Shown here: positions 38,342 through 50,700 of the stretch, in pieces
Layout of the letters: every line of letters starts with the position of its first letter
Position numbering within the stretch: position 1 is the first letter of the stretch
Source: Antedon mediterranea
Taxonomy: Eukaryota; Animalia; Echinodermata
Reading direction: 5' to 3'
DNA: 64,000 nt
Assembly: GCF_964355755.1 (NCBI RefSeq)
Contig: NC_092672.1
Span: forward strand, 1,550,001-1,614,000
The notes under the pieces: generated by a model
Databases searched by the model: none
What the model was told of the DNA's origin: nothing
The model's input: only the letters and a program-made list of their open reading frames with translations
Position numbers and translations under genes: made by a program

Positions 38342-38413
38342 GGGCTCGTCCGGGAATTGAACCCGGGGCCTCTCGCACCCAAAGCGAGAATCATGCCACT
38401 AGACCAACGAGCC
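38342..38413 (-). tRNA. tRNA-Pro-TGG: tRNA-Pro (anticodon TGG)
   Basis: Reverse complement GGCTCGTTGGTCTAGTGGCATGATTCTCGCTTTGGGTGCGAGAGGCCCCGGGTTCAATTCCCGGACGAGCCC gives a 72-nt cloverleaf with intact A/B boxes. An oligo-T Pol III terminator follows (A-run 38319-38336 on +). Confidence 0.96.
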
Positions 38414-38796
38414 GATATGAGTGTAGAACTGAAATTTACAATCTTGTTTGAGATAAAAATTTAAAATTTGTGATAACGATAAAATTATGAATAATTTGAA
38501 TATATCATGTCTTTATTGCTTTTAATCTAATATTTTATGTTCAAATAGTGTTTAATTTTGTGTTTTAATTGTAGAAATTGTATTTCAGATAACATAAACG
38601 ACTGGTAAGAGTCTAATTAAAATACTTCTTATTTTCTTTTGTTGTTCATTGAAGAAGGTAATACTGTAGGTGGCGCGCTTCAATAAACAAGAAAGAAAAA
38701 CATGAACCTCTTTTCTGGTGGGGCTAGGCCAGGCCAACTAGGCTAGTAAATTGCCAATTATAAAAGTAAATTGCAGTATATTGTCTATTTTTACAA

Positions 38797-41700
38797 ATGG
38801 CGACAACTGGAGGAAGGTCTAGAAGTAAAAAACCAAAATTTCATAGACGATGTGGTTCTTTAATTATTCTAGAAAATGACAGAAGGACAGCTCGGAGAAA
38901 CCTGCCTTCTGCTGAGTTTGACAATGGACTCGTTTTGAGTTGTGAGCCTCTTGAAGACGATCAAATATTCGAAATAAAAATCGACAAGAAGGTCAGAAGA
39001 TAAACATCCCTTAGTATTCTTATTTTCTGCTTGCCTTAGGACCTATAGCCTTTACATAGTTAGTCTAGACCTTGAGTAGTAGGCCTAGTAATACTGTATG
39101 ACAACTAAATATAAAACAAGAAGAATACACCAGCCAGGCCAGGTCCAGTGAGTGACAGTGGAGTGTGGCAAGCCATTCTTCGAATCACAATCAAAATATT
39201 TTTTCTGTCCTGTTCTGTTTGTGTAAATAGTAGGTAGCCACTTTATCATGCATCATGGCTAAATAAGAGAAATGTAAATTTATCAAAGTAATGATTTTTC
39301 ACCTTGCGACACATAATAATAAAAATGTGCACACTTAACTAGAACTGAACTAAATTTCAAATATGTCATTGTTTATGTTTATAATTATGTTAATATTTAT
39401 CATTATTTATTTTTCGGTTTAGGTACATTCATGGAGTGGCTCTATTGAAGTTGGCATAACAAGCTGCGATGTGTCCAACATGGCCTTACCAAGTAGCGCC
39501 ACAGAGCTTCACAATGGTTGCTGGATCCTAAATGGTTGTAGCGTGCTACATAATGGGGCATCCATTCGTGATGACTACGCTTGTGACCTTGAACTCTGCG
39601 ACGAAGGCGATGTGATTGGTGTTCAGCGACGTGCTAACGGGGAATTGCACATTTATTTAAACGATAACGACCAGGGAGTGGCCGCTACAGGGATTCCAAC
39701 TGATAGACCGATACATGCGGTTATTGATTTGTACGGCAAGTGCGCCCAGATTAGTGCTGTAGATAGAAATTGTAAGCAAAATCTTCCTATTTTGATTGGA
39801 ATTTTTTATTATTATGTTTAAACTTAATACTGCTACCACTTACATTCTCTACTTTTCTGTGCCTTTAAAGTGTTTTCTTTATTTCTACTACAAAATATAA
39901 TACATAGTGTAAAATCAATTTTTTAGGTACACCAACAATGGAAAACAACCCAGTTATACCATTGCCAATTCTAGATAACAATATAGACAACAACTCATTG
40001 CTAGTAAGCGCACTAGCAGCCACTTTTAATGACAATTGCTCCGTTAATGGCGCAGATGCTTCGGTTAATTACAATGACAACAATACTGCCAGCTCAGATG
40101 ACCTCTGTTTCCATACGAAGCATGGAACGTTGATTAAGTTGAGTAACAGTAGGAGAACGGCCGAACGAATGCATGCAATGGACGAGTTTAATAACGGGAT
40201 TGTTATGACCAATCGACCTCTTCAAAATGATGAATATTTTCAAGTAAGTAAAGTGATGTTGTAAGTCATCTGAAAATGAAAGTAGTGGTAACAGAGTAGT
40301 GCAACATCTTTTGTGTACTCTACTCATTGTGATTGTGAAATTGCGGTTGTTGCAGGAGCTATCACAACATACAGTTTGTTTCTCCTCTACTTTAGTGTTT
40401 ATTGCTGGCACAGTGCAATTAAAAATATTTTTAATGAACAGTAAATAATAATGGTGTAATGTAAATAACATTATATTTGAAATAATATTTATATTTTTGT
40501 AATTATTGTTATTTTCTATTATTTGTATCATCACAGATTCGACTTGATAAATTAATAGATAAGTGGTCAGGATCTATTGAGATTGGAATCACAACGCACA
40601 ATCCTGACAACATAGACTTCCCAGCCACGATGACTAACTTACGATCTGGTAAGATGTCTTAAGCTCTGTCTACACTATCAAACTTTATGTGACAAAAAAA
40701 TGTGATGTGCCTATATAATGGACATGATGATGTCATATCACTACTATATTTGGGAACATAACTACCATATTTGTGCACATCACACTTTTGATAATGATAG
40801 TGTAGACAGAGTTTTATAGAGTATTCATTTCAGAGTTCCACATTAACTACAGGAGTGCAACAATATTACTCTAGACGAATTAAAGTGATCCTGATAATGT
40901 GCAAGGCAGCGAGGCAATATCTAACAGAGGCATCGTTTTATCATTTCTTAAAGTGCGAGACATGCAAGGCATATTTTTTTTAATTTCCCAAAAGCGTGAG
41001 GCATATAACATTCATTCTCTACATTGTTTTTTAACTTTAGTTGACTTCTTTTCTTGTAGGTACGACAATGATGAGTGGCTGTGGTATTCTGACAAATGGT
41101 AAAGGAACGCGCAGGGAATATGGTCAATTCAACCTAGATGAATTGCAAGTAAGATTTTATACAACATGATTTATTAGCATATGATGGGTATTAGTATACA
41201 AATAATGAATGTTTATGAATGGAATGGTACAAATAATGAATGTTTATGAATGCAATGGTACAAATAATGAATGTTTATTAATGGAATGGTACAAATAATG
41301 AATGTTTGTGAATGGAATGGTACAAATAACTTGAAGATGAAAATAATCAAATCATCAAATACAAGTATTTGTTCTATTGCACAAATTTGGGTGGGTGTCA
41401 AAGGTCAAAGGTTAGTGGGTAAAAACTTTGAGGTACACAGAGGTTTCATAGGTGAATAATATGTTGTAATAGGCTGGGTGGAATACCTTAAGGCAACCCT
41501 TAAATTTATGTGACAAAAAAAATGTGCCCATATATGGACATAATGATGTCCTATCTATATATATTTGGGAATATCACTACCATATTTGGGCACATCATAC
41601 TTACATCACAGTACAATTTGATCCATGATTTTGTTTGTAATTCATTGCTTTTGTTGATATGTGATATTATGATTTGTTGATTATTCTTATAGAAAGGAGA

Positions 41701-44700
41701 TATAATAGCAGTAATGAAGAAATCAAATGGAGATCTTCACTTCTACATCAACAACGTTGACCAGGGTCTGGCTGCGTCCAGCATGCCCGCGGATGTATAC
41801 GGTGTCGTTGACCTTTACGGGATGGCCGTCAGAGTAACTATCGTACCGTTGGCACAAGATCCAAACGTTCCAAACATGCTTGGGATTGATTACCTGGATC
41901 GGCGATTAGCTCATCTCAATTTGCTACGTGCTTTAGCCATTAGACAGTTTCCTAACATGTATAATGGTAATTATTTTAAGATCAAGCTTTTAAACCTTTT
42001 ATGAAACTTTCAAGATGTATCTCCTCCCCCCCCCCTCCCCTCCCAAAAAAAAAAATATGAAGATTGATAAAATCGGATTTTATAGTTTTATTAAAGTTAA
42101 TCACTTCTATAAAAAAAAATTTTAAAAATGTAAGATGGTTATTAAAATAAACGGTTAAATTCAATTTTTTTTTTCTTTAAATAACATTTTTTTCAGGTAA
42201 GTACATTTTTTTTAACCAATTTTTGGTCAAAGTGAATAACTATTATGGGACATTCAATTTATATATTAAAAACAAATATGTCTTTTTAAAAATTGTTTTC
42301 AGGGGGACAATTTTTAAGGTATAAATTTTGAATATTCAAATTATTATGAACATTGTTGTACTTTGACCAGATATCCAGACTTTTGTACATTCTTATTACA
42401 GTTTTCATTTCTATTTAGAAATCACAGAAGAGTTGGATTTTCCCCCTGAACCTTCTCAGAACTTGTCGGTAGAAAGTGTGCCGGAACTTGGAACATTAAC
42501 GTCCGTGCCAGCCCCTCCCAACGAGCCTTTAAGATTCTACCCTAGATGCGGGGCACATGCTGAAGTGATTAATTCAGGGAAAACAGCACTCAGACCAGAG
42601 TGAGTTTGGAATAAAGTTAAATTAGTTTACACTTAATATTCAAATATAGTTGGTTTCCAAATATGAGAAGTGGTATATTCTAACATAATATTAGGTGCTA
42701 AATTCTACACATTAAAGTAAATATTACTGAAAAGGCAATCTTCATATCACAGGTATTATATTTTTTTCAGTGCTCTTGGAGATTTCAACAATGGTGTTGT
42801 CATTAGCAATCGTCATATTAAATCCAGTGAACTGTTTGAAATTAGAATTGATAAAGTTGTTGATAAATGGGCAGGATCAATAGAGATAGGAGTCACTACC
42901 CACTCACCGTTTGAACTAGGTAACATTTGCCGCTATTTTCACAAAATCTTAAAACTTTCTGTTATTCATTTGGTGTAAATATTACATCATATATCAACTA
43001 CTGTATTTAGACATTGTAATTTGCACGATAATTTTCCACAAAGGTTAAAGATTAAGTTTAATTTATAGTACAATCCTCCGGATTCTAGATCCAAATTCTG
43101 TATGATACCAGCTATTTTTAAAATTTTATTTTTGAAATAAATCTTTCCACTTCCAAAAAACTTTGTGGTAATTCATATATTAGGGAAAAAAATGTTTAAA
43201 ACTACAAACTCATTTGTAGATTTTCCTACGACAATGACAAATGTGAGGAGTGGGACGTGGATGATGACGGGTACGGGAGTGATGCATAATGGTACGACAA
43301 TCATGGACAACTATGGATACAACTTAGATCGTTTAAAGGTATGTTCTTCTTGCGTCTTGTCTTATTGTCATTTCCAGGTCTATCTGCCTATTATCTACTG
43401 TAATGTAAATCTCTGCATGAATCCTATTTTATCTTTCTCTGCATATCTATTTTTTTCCTTCAATTTTACAGTTAAAAGTACGTACATACTAGGATCATTA
43501 CAAATGTTTTTGCACAACAAAAGTGTAAAGCCTTGTCAAACTTTATGTGACAAAAAAATGTGATGTGCCCATATATGGACATGATGTCATATCACTACCA
43601 TGTTTGGATATATCAGTACCATATTTGGGCACACCACACTTTTCTTGTCAAACTAGTTTGATAGTGTAAATGGAGCTTTATACAATTTTATCTATGCATT
43701 TTTCTATAATAGACAGTATTGCAATGTTTATTTTACTCGTTTATTCTATATTCTTGTTCTTGTGTCATTTCTTTCATGGTCGCAGGAGGGTGATCGTATT
43801 GGTGTGATGCGTAAAGAAAATGGCAACCTCAACTTTTTTATCAACGGTGAGGATCAGGGTATGGCCGTCCCAAACGTACCTCCAAAAGTGTTTGCTGTTG
43901 TTGACTTATATGGACAAGCTGCCCAGGCAACAATACTGGACCAATCAGGTTAATTTGTTTTCACTCATTTGAATTTACTGTAGTTTCTAAATGTTATGTT
44001 TAGGATAGAAATTTAAATTGTGTTATTTTCTTTTGCCTTTGGAATAAACATATGGCATACATAAGTAGCAATAAGAAATTCACCAACCATTTATGCTTAC
44101 AAGCCTAACATTCTTATTATTTTTCGTCTTCTTAGACAATGGTGAATCTACAGTTCAAGTAGACAATGCAACTGTTAACAAAGTACACTCAGAAATTGAC
44201 ATGAACTCTGACCTCCGATTCCACCATCTTCATGGTCGTAATGTCCGTATCTTAAGCCAGGGTCAGTCGGCAATGCGTCCAAACGCTCGTGGAGAATTTA
44301 ATGACGCCGTTATTATGAGCAATCGTCCGTTGAGGGATGATGAACTTTTTGAGATAAGAATTGAAGAAATGGTTGACAGATGGTCTGGGTCAATAGAAGC
44401 AGGTAGGTCATAGGTCATAGGTTAAAAGTAACAGTCATCTATATGAGTGAAAGCAATAACATACTACACTTAATCCAGGTATAAGCCCACTCCCTCAGTG
44501 GGATTATATTCAAAACCAGTATGTAGTTGTTTTCAAATTAATGTAACCAAATATGTAAATTTAAATTTGCATTTTTGTTTAGGTGTGACGGTTATTCCCC
44601 CAGAAGAAATGTCATTTCCAGGAACAATGACGGATTTGGACCATGACACCTGGATGTTAAGGTCGGTGTAAAAGCTAAACACTATTGCACTTTTCTAAAG

Positions 44701-47700
44701 AAACGTTATGATTCTTTAATTGTTTTTTACTAAAATTCTTGATATTAACTCCTGTATGTGATAGGTGGTGGTGTTTTTTTCCCATTATTATTTTAATGTC
44801 TATTGATGCAGTCTTGGAATATGAATAATATCTACTGTAAGGCGGCATCCTGTGATTGGCATAGCCACAAATAAAAATTATAATTTGATTTTGATTTAGT
44901 GGTTCTTCTGTTCTCACAAATGGGAACACTATAAAAAATGGTTATGCCATGGACCTAGATGTCTTAGAGGTCACTCAGAAGGTCGGCATTATGAGGAAGG
45001 CAGATGGCACACTTCACTTCTACTATAATGGTGTTGACCAGGGCGTGGCCTGCTCCAACGTCAATCCTAGTAAGTTTAGTAATATGTACTAAGTACTTAA
45101 ATAGTGTATTACACTTCATTTCTACTATAATGGTGTTGACCAGGGCGTGGCCTGCTCCAACGTCAATCCTAGTAAGTTTAGTAATACTGAGTACTTAAAA
45201 TAGTGTAATACACTTCACTTCTACTATAATGGTGTTGACCAGGGCGTGGTCTGCTCCACCGTCAGTCCTAGTGAGTACTTAAAATAGTTACATTTTCATG
45301 GGGCTTACTTTCAACCAATGCATTCTTATTATACAATATTATAAATAATAAAGTTGAATAATAAATTTTGTACATTTTTTCTTAGATGTATATGCTATTA
45401 TTGATTTGTATGGACAGTGTTCCCGTGTTTCTCTTGCGCATTCTGTCGTGGAAAGCAAAGCTTCAAACAATGGAAGTTCAGTGCAATTTAGTGAGTTCTT
45501 TCTTTCTTTTATTGATTAAGACAAAAAAAAACTGAGATTAAAAACAGGAATACAATTATGAATCATTTTAGTAAAACAAAAAGCAACATTGGTTGTTTGA
45601 AAGCTTTTAAAAGAATGAAGATTATACAAATGATTTACCATTCACTTCATAAGGTCTTTGACCTCCGATCACATTCTCTACACAATTTGTTTACAATGTT
45701 GTAATTTTTAGTTTTTAATGTTACCATTTTTTTCAGGAATGAAACATTTTTTTAGTGAATGTTGCGGTAAGAATATTACGATAAAGAATTTGGGAAGTAC
45801 AGCATGTCGCCAGAAAGGTTGTTTGGATTCAATTTTGTTTAGTTCTAAGCCGTTGAAAGTTGGTGAAACTTTTGAGGTATTTCTGAATTATTCTAAGATT
45901 CAATGTATTAGATGTACTGTAAACCTTAAGCTCTGTCTACACAATCAAGAAGAGTGTCATGTGCCCAAATATGGTAGTGATGCCCAATTATGGTAGTGAT
46001 ATGACATCATCATGTGCATATATGGGCACATCACATTTGATAGTGTAGACAGAGCAAAGTTATGAGAATATCTCATTGCAAAAATAGATTGCTTGTGTTG
46101 AAATTTAACCGTTTGTTAAGCTCTGTCCACACTATCAAATTTTGTGACCAAAAAAATGAGATGTGTCCATATATGCACATATGATGTCATATCACTGCCA
46201 TATTTGGGTACATCACACTTTTTGTCAAACGAGTTTGATAGTGTAGAGAGAGCTGTACTCAGTCAATTTCTCGTCCTTTTTCTACTAATCCTAATTCTTT
46301 TCCTAAGGTTGAGGTTGAAAGTGTTGATCAGAAGTGGTCAGGTTGTCTTGTTATTGGTTTAACATCATTTCTTCCTGAGACGCCGCCATCTCACATTTTA
46401 CCAAGCTTTGCAGTTGACATGAAGTCAAGTGTCACTTGGTTACTACAGGCAACAGATGTCAAAAGGAATGGAGTGGTTGTCAAGGAAAACTACACAGGAT
46501 CTGTCATGAGACTAGAGGTAAGAGAAATGAAGTCTGTTTAATTTTCTTTTCTGTCATCAAATCTAGACAGCTAAACAAAATTACAAATTAAATTGTTATT
46601 TATATATTTATTATTATTTATTTCATCTGGAAATCAACTGAAAATAAATTGTTATTTATGAGCTTCCAATGCAAGAAACATGCTTCAATAGCACAATAGC
46701 AAAGCAAAAATAATAACTGCTAAATTGTAGCTGTTTAATTTTCTTTCTGTCGTCAAAGAACAAATACAGTTTAACCAAATGGCAGCATTGCTATTGAAAA
46801 TAAACAGTAAATTGCTATTTTGTTTATCTGTTACTATATACAGTAGTTTTATATTGTTTACCTTTCTCTTGTAGGTTGGCAATACAATTGGTGTTCAGAG
46901 ACAAGCTGACAATAGTATGCATATTATTATTAATGGTGAAGATGCTGGTGTTGCTGCTACCAATATACCCAAGGTGACTGGTTCAAATTATTCTGTATTC
47001 ACCATTTTCTTTTAGCTAATTTTAGTAGAAGTATTCTCTTCTGTTGTGGTGATTTGAGGTTGATGTTATTAGATATTGAAACAGTAAACAGTGGTAGTGA
47101 ACAAAATGTAGTTACTGTACTGCAGTATGTAGTTACTGTACTGCAGTATGTAGTTACTGTACTGCAGTATGTAGTTACTGTACTGTAGTATGTAGTTACT
47201 GTACTGCAGTATGTAGTTACTGTACTGTAGTTACTGTACTGCAGTATGTAGTTACTGTACTGCAGTATGTAGTTACTGTACTGCAGTATGTAATTACTGT
47301 ACTGCAGTATGTAGTTACTGTACTGCAGTATGTAGTTACTGTACTGCAGTATGTAGTTACTGTACTGCAGTATGTAGTTACTGTACTGCAATATGTAGTT
47401 ACAGTACTGCAGTATGTATTTACTGTACTGCAGTATTTAGTTGCTGTACTGCAGTATGTAGTTACTATACTGCAGTAGGATAGTTTTGAAAACCCATAAC
47501 AAATATTGTTTTGTATGGTTTTAGGAGGATGTTTATGCAATAATTGACCTCTGTGGGTCAGTAGAAAGTGTAACTGCTGTTAGCAAAGAACCAGACATTG
47601 GCGAAATAATTAGAGCACCCTCAATCTCATCCTGTAGTGAAGCAAGCTCAGATAGAGAGGTATTTTATATTTAAATGTTACCATTTTTTGTCCAATATAT

Positions 47701-50700
47701 ATTTATTTATAAATTGTATTATTAAGAAGAATGATTTGGAAGAATCAAATAATTGTTGTGGATTATAAAATTCTTCATTTTTTTGTAGGAAGAATCTGTG
47801 GCCTCCCAAACCTACTACTCAACAGAATTCCATCAAAATCATGGTAAAAATATTAGTCTTTCATGTGGGAATGTTACGGCAAGACGGACTGGGAGTTACA
47901 ATCAAGGAATCACGATATCACGGCATCCTTTGGCACGGCAACAGAAGTTTGAGGTTGGTGAACCACTAGTTTCTCTATTAGGTCATTTTAGCATTTAGAA
48001 GGCTTACGGTGGAGCGCACGTTCACCAGAATCATTGCCATTCGGCATCATTCATTGTTAGCATAGCAACCTAGGGTTAAAGGCAAGCCTGTTCGCCAGAA
48101 ACATTGCCATCCGGCATCATTATTTCTTTTTTCTAATTTTCAAATTTCTAGGGCGAAATAAAATAATGAAAATAAAAATAATCACAGTTCATATAAATAA
48201 ATTGTTCTTTTTTTTATGTTAAGGTCAAGTTAGAAAGGCTCTGTTCTCGCTGGACATCTTCTATACAGATTGGAGTCATAGGTCAGTCACCTGAGAAGTT
48301 TATATTTCCTGTGTCTGGAACATCAATAAAAAAGAATGTGTGGATAATATCAGGTGACTCCTTATTCCATAACACAATAAAGGTAAATACAAGGATGATT
48401 TCTATAAACCCATGTGCTATAGCTAAACCCATGTGCTATAGCTAAAGCCATGTGCTATAGCTAAAGCCATGTGCTATAGCTAAAATAGCTAAACCCATGT
48501 GCTATAGCTAAACCCATGTGCTATAGCTAAACCCATGTGCTATAGCTAAAGCCATGTGCTATAGCTAAACCCATGTGCTATAGCTAAACCCATGTGCTAT
48601 AGCTAAACCCATGTGCTATAGCTAAACCCATGTGCTATAGCTTATAGTAGTCATAAGTGTACTATTCATTTTTTGCAATTTGTATTTGTAATAATTGTTT
48701 ATACCGAGTGACCTCTTCAGTCAAAGACTGGTCTTCCAGAGGGCCCAGTTATGATACAATGCAATTAACTAGAATACTATCTAACCTAGACTATACCATT
48801 GTTTCAATAGGTGTGAGATAATATATAGGTGTTAACAACCTACAGTAGACTTTGATCATTGTTAAAACATATATTACCACTTAATATGGGTGTCCCCTGA
48901 GTAGAGGTTCTACCATTAGTTAAAAGACTGTACTATCTAACATTAAACCTTGTTAGGTACAAGACAAGATAGGTCCTGATTTAAACAAGTACTATCTAAC
49001 ATTAAACCTTGTTAGGTACAAGACAAGATAGGTCCTGATTTAAACAAGTACTATCTAACATTAAACCTTGTTAGGTACAAGACAAGATAGGTCCTGATTT
49101 AAACAAGTACTATCTAACATTAAACCTTGTTAGGTACAAGACAAGATAGGTCCTGATTTAAACAAGTACTATCTAACATTAAACCTTGTTAGGTACAAGA
49201 CAAGATAGGTCCTGATTTAAACAAGTACTATCTAACATTAAACCTTGTTAGGTACAAGACAAGATAGGTCCTGATTTAAACAAGTACTATCTAACATTAA
49301 ACCTTGTTAGGTACAAGACAAGATAGGTCCTGATTTAAACAAGTACTATCTAACATTAAACCTTGTTAGGTACAAGACAAGATAGGTCCTGATTTAAACA
49401 AGCTACAGACAGGCTGTACAGTGGGCATTCTGATAGATGACAAAAGTTGTCTTCACCTGTTGGTAAATGGAATAGACCATGGCATTGTGGCAGAAGATAT
49501 TCCACATCACTGTCATGCGGTCGTTGACCTTTACGGACAGTGTGAACAAGTGAGTTTTAGATTATTTGTTGATAAATAAATATAATTTACTGTGAATTTT
49601 GAAGAAAACAATTTTTTAGTTTGAAGTCTAATAACCCAAATATTATTTGTAGGTTTCGATAATTGGAGGTGATCTTGCAAGTGGTGGAATACCTGAGGAA
49701 AGAGAGAAAGCTGATTTTGAAAATGGTTAGTTTGTTTATCATTATTATTTATACAAAACAAAACAAGACAAGAAAATATTATTAGTTGGGAAAGATATTA
49801 AAATCTCTAATATAATTTTGACTTAGGTTTAGTTATCTTCAGTAATTTTGGTCCATAATTAGAAACATCATTTTCTTTGGATTTAAAAGCCATTTTGTTT
49901 TATTTGTAGGTTTGAAAGAGAATTGTCGTCTACCGTCTGAGTTGAGTTTGACACCTCGGTGCGAATATCAGGAAATGTGTCGGAGGTTTCAAACCATGCT
50001 AGCCCTACCACGTACGTTTATGTCAAACATTTAATTTTTTTTTCTGTATTTAAAAATAAATTAAAACATTCAATATCTACATATGGGATCCTCTTCTATG
50101 TCATAGATCTGGGGGTCAAAAACAATAAAAAAAAAAAACAATTTTCAAAATTATTTCTGTTCAACAAATTTTTTCAGGTGGATATTTTGAAGTTAATCCT
50201 AAATACAATAAATGTTATTGTGATTCTTGCTACAAACACCGAGGCGATGAAGCATACAATTCGCATGGAGAACCACCAAAGGAATACGCACGACCTTTAG
50301 GATGGTGTAAATTTGCTCTCAGGTAAGTTACAAAAACAATTATTGATTGTTGCAAATAGCCATCATGCGACCTGTGGCTTACTCAAACCTTAAGCATGGT
50401 TCCCACTAATCATGTAACATAACACAACCTACAACAACGTAAGAAAATGCTCTTCCAATAATTGTGTTTGCCAGAGTAAAATCAAACCTGCGATGTTTGC
50501 AGCACTGTTGCATCATCGGTTCCCACTTGTGATTACGCAATACAGCACTTTGCGTCGATACGTCGCTGCGTTGTGTTCTAGTGGGAACCTCTAGACCATC
50601 TTGATATTACTGTTTTTTTTTCTTCACTTAAGGCTGCCACCTAGAGTTGACACACAGCGTTTATTTGAGAACTGTCACGTCGCATATCATACAACTGATA

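Noticed and set aside
46999-47540. ORFs with YCSTVTT / QYSNYIL repeats
   Set aside because: Translations of the 21-bp intronic minisatellite.
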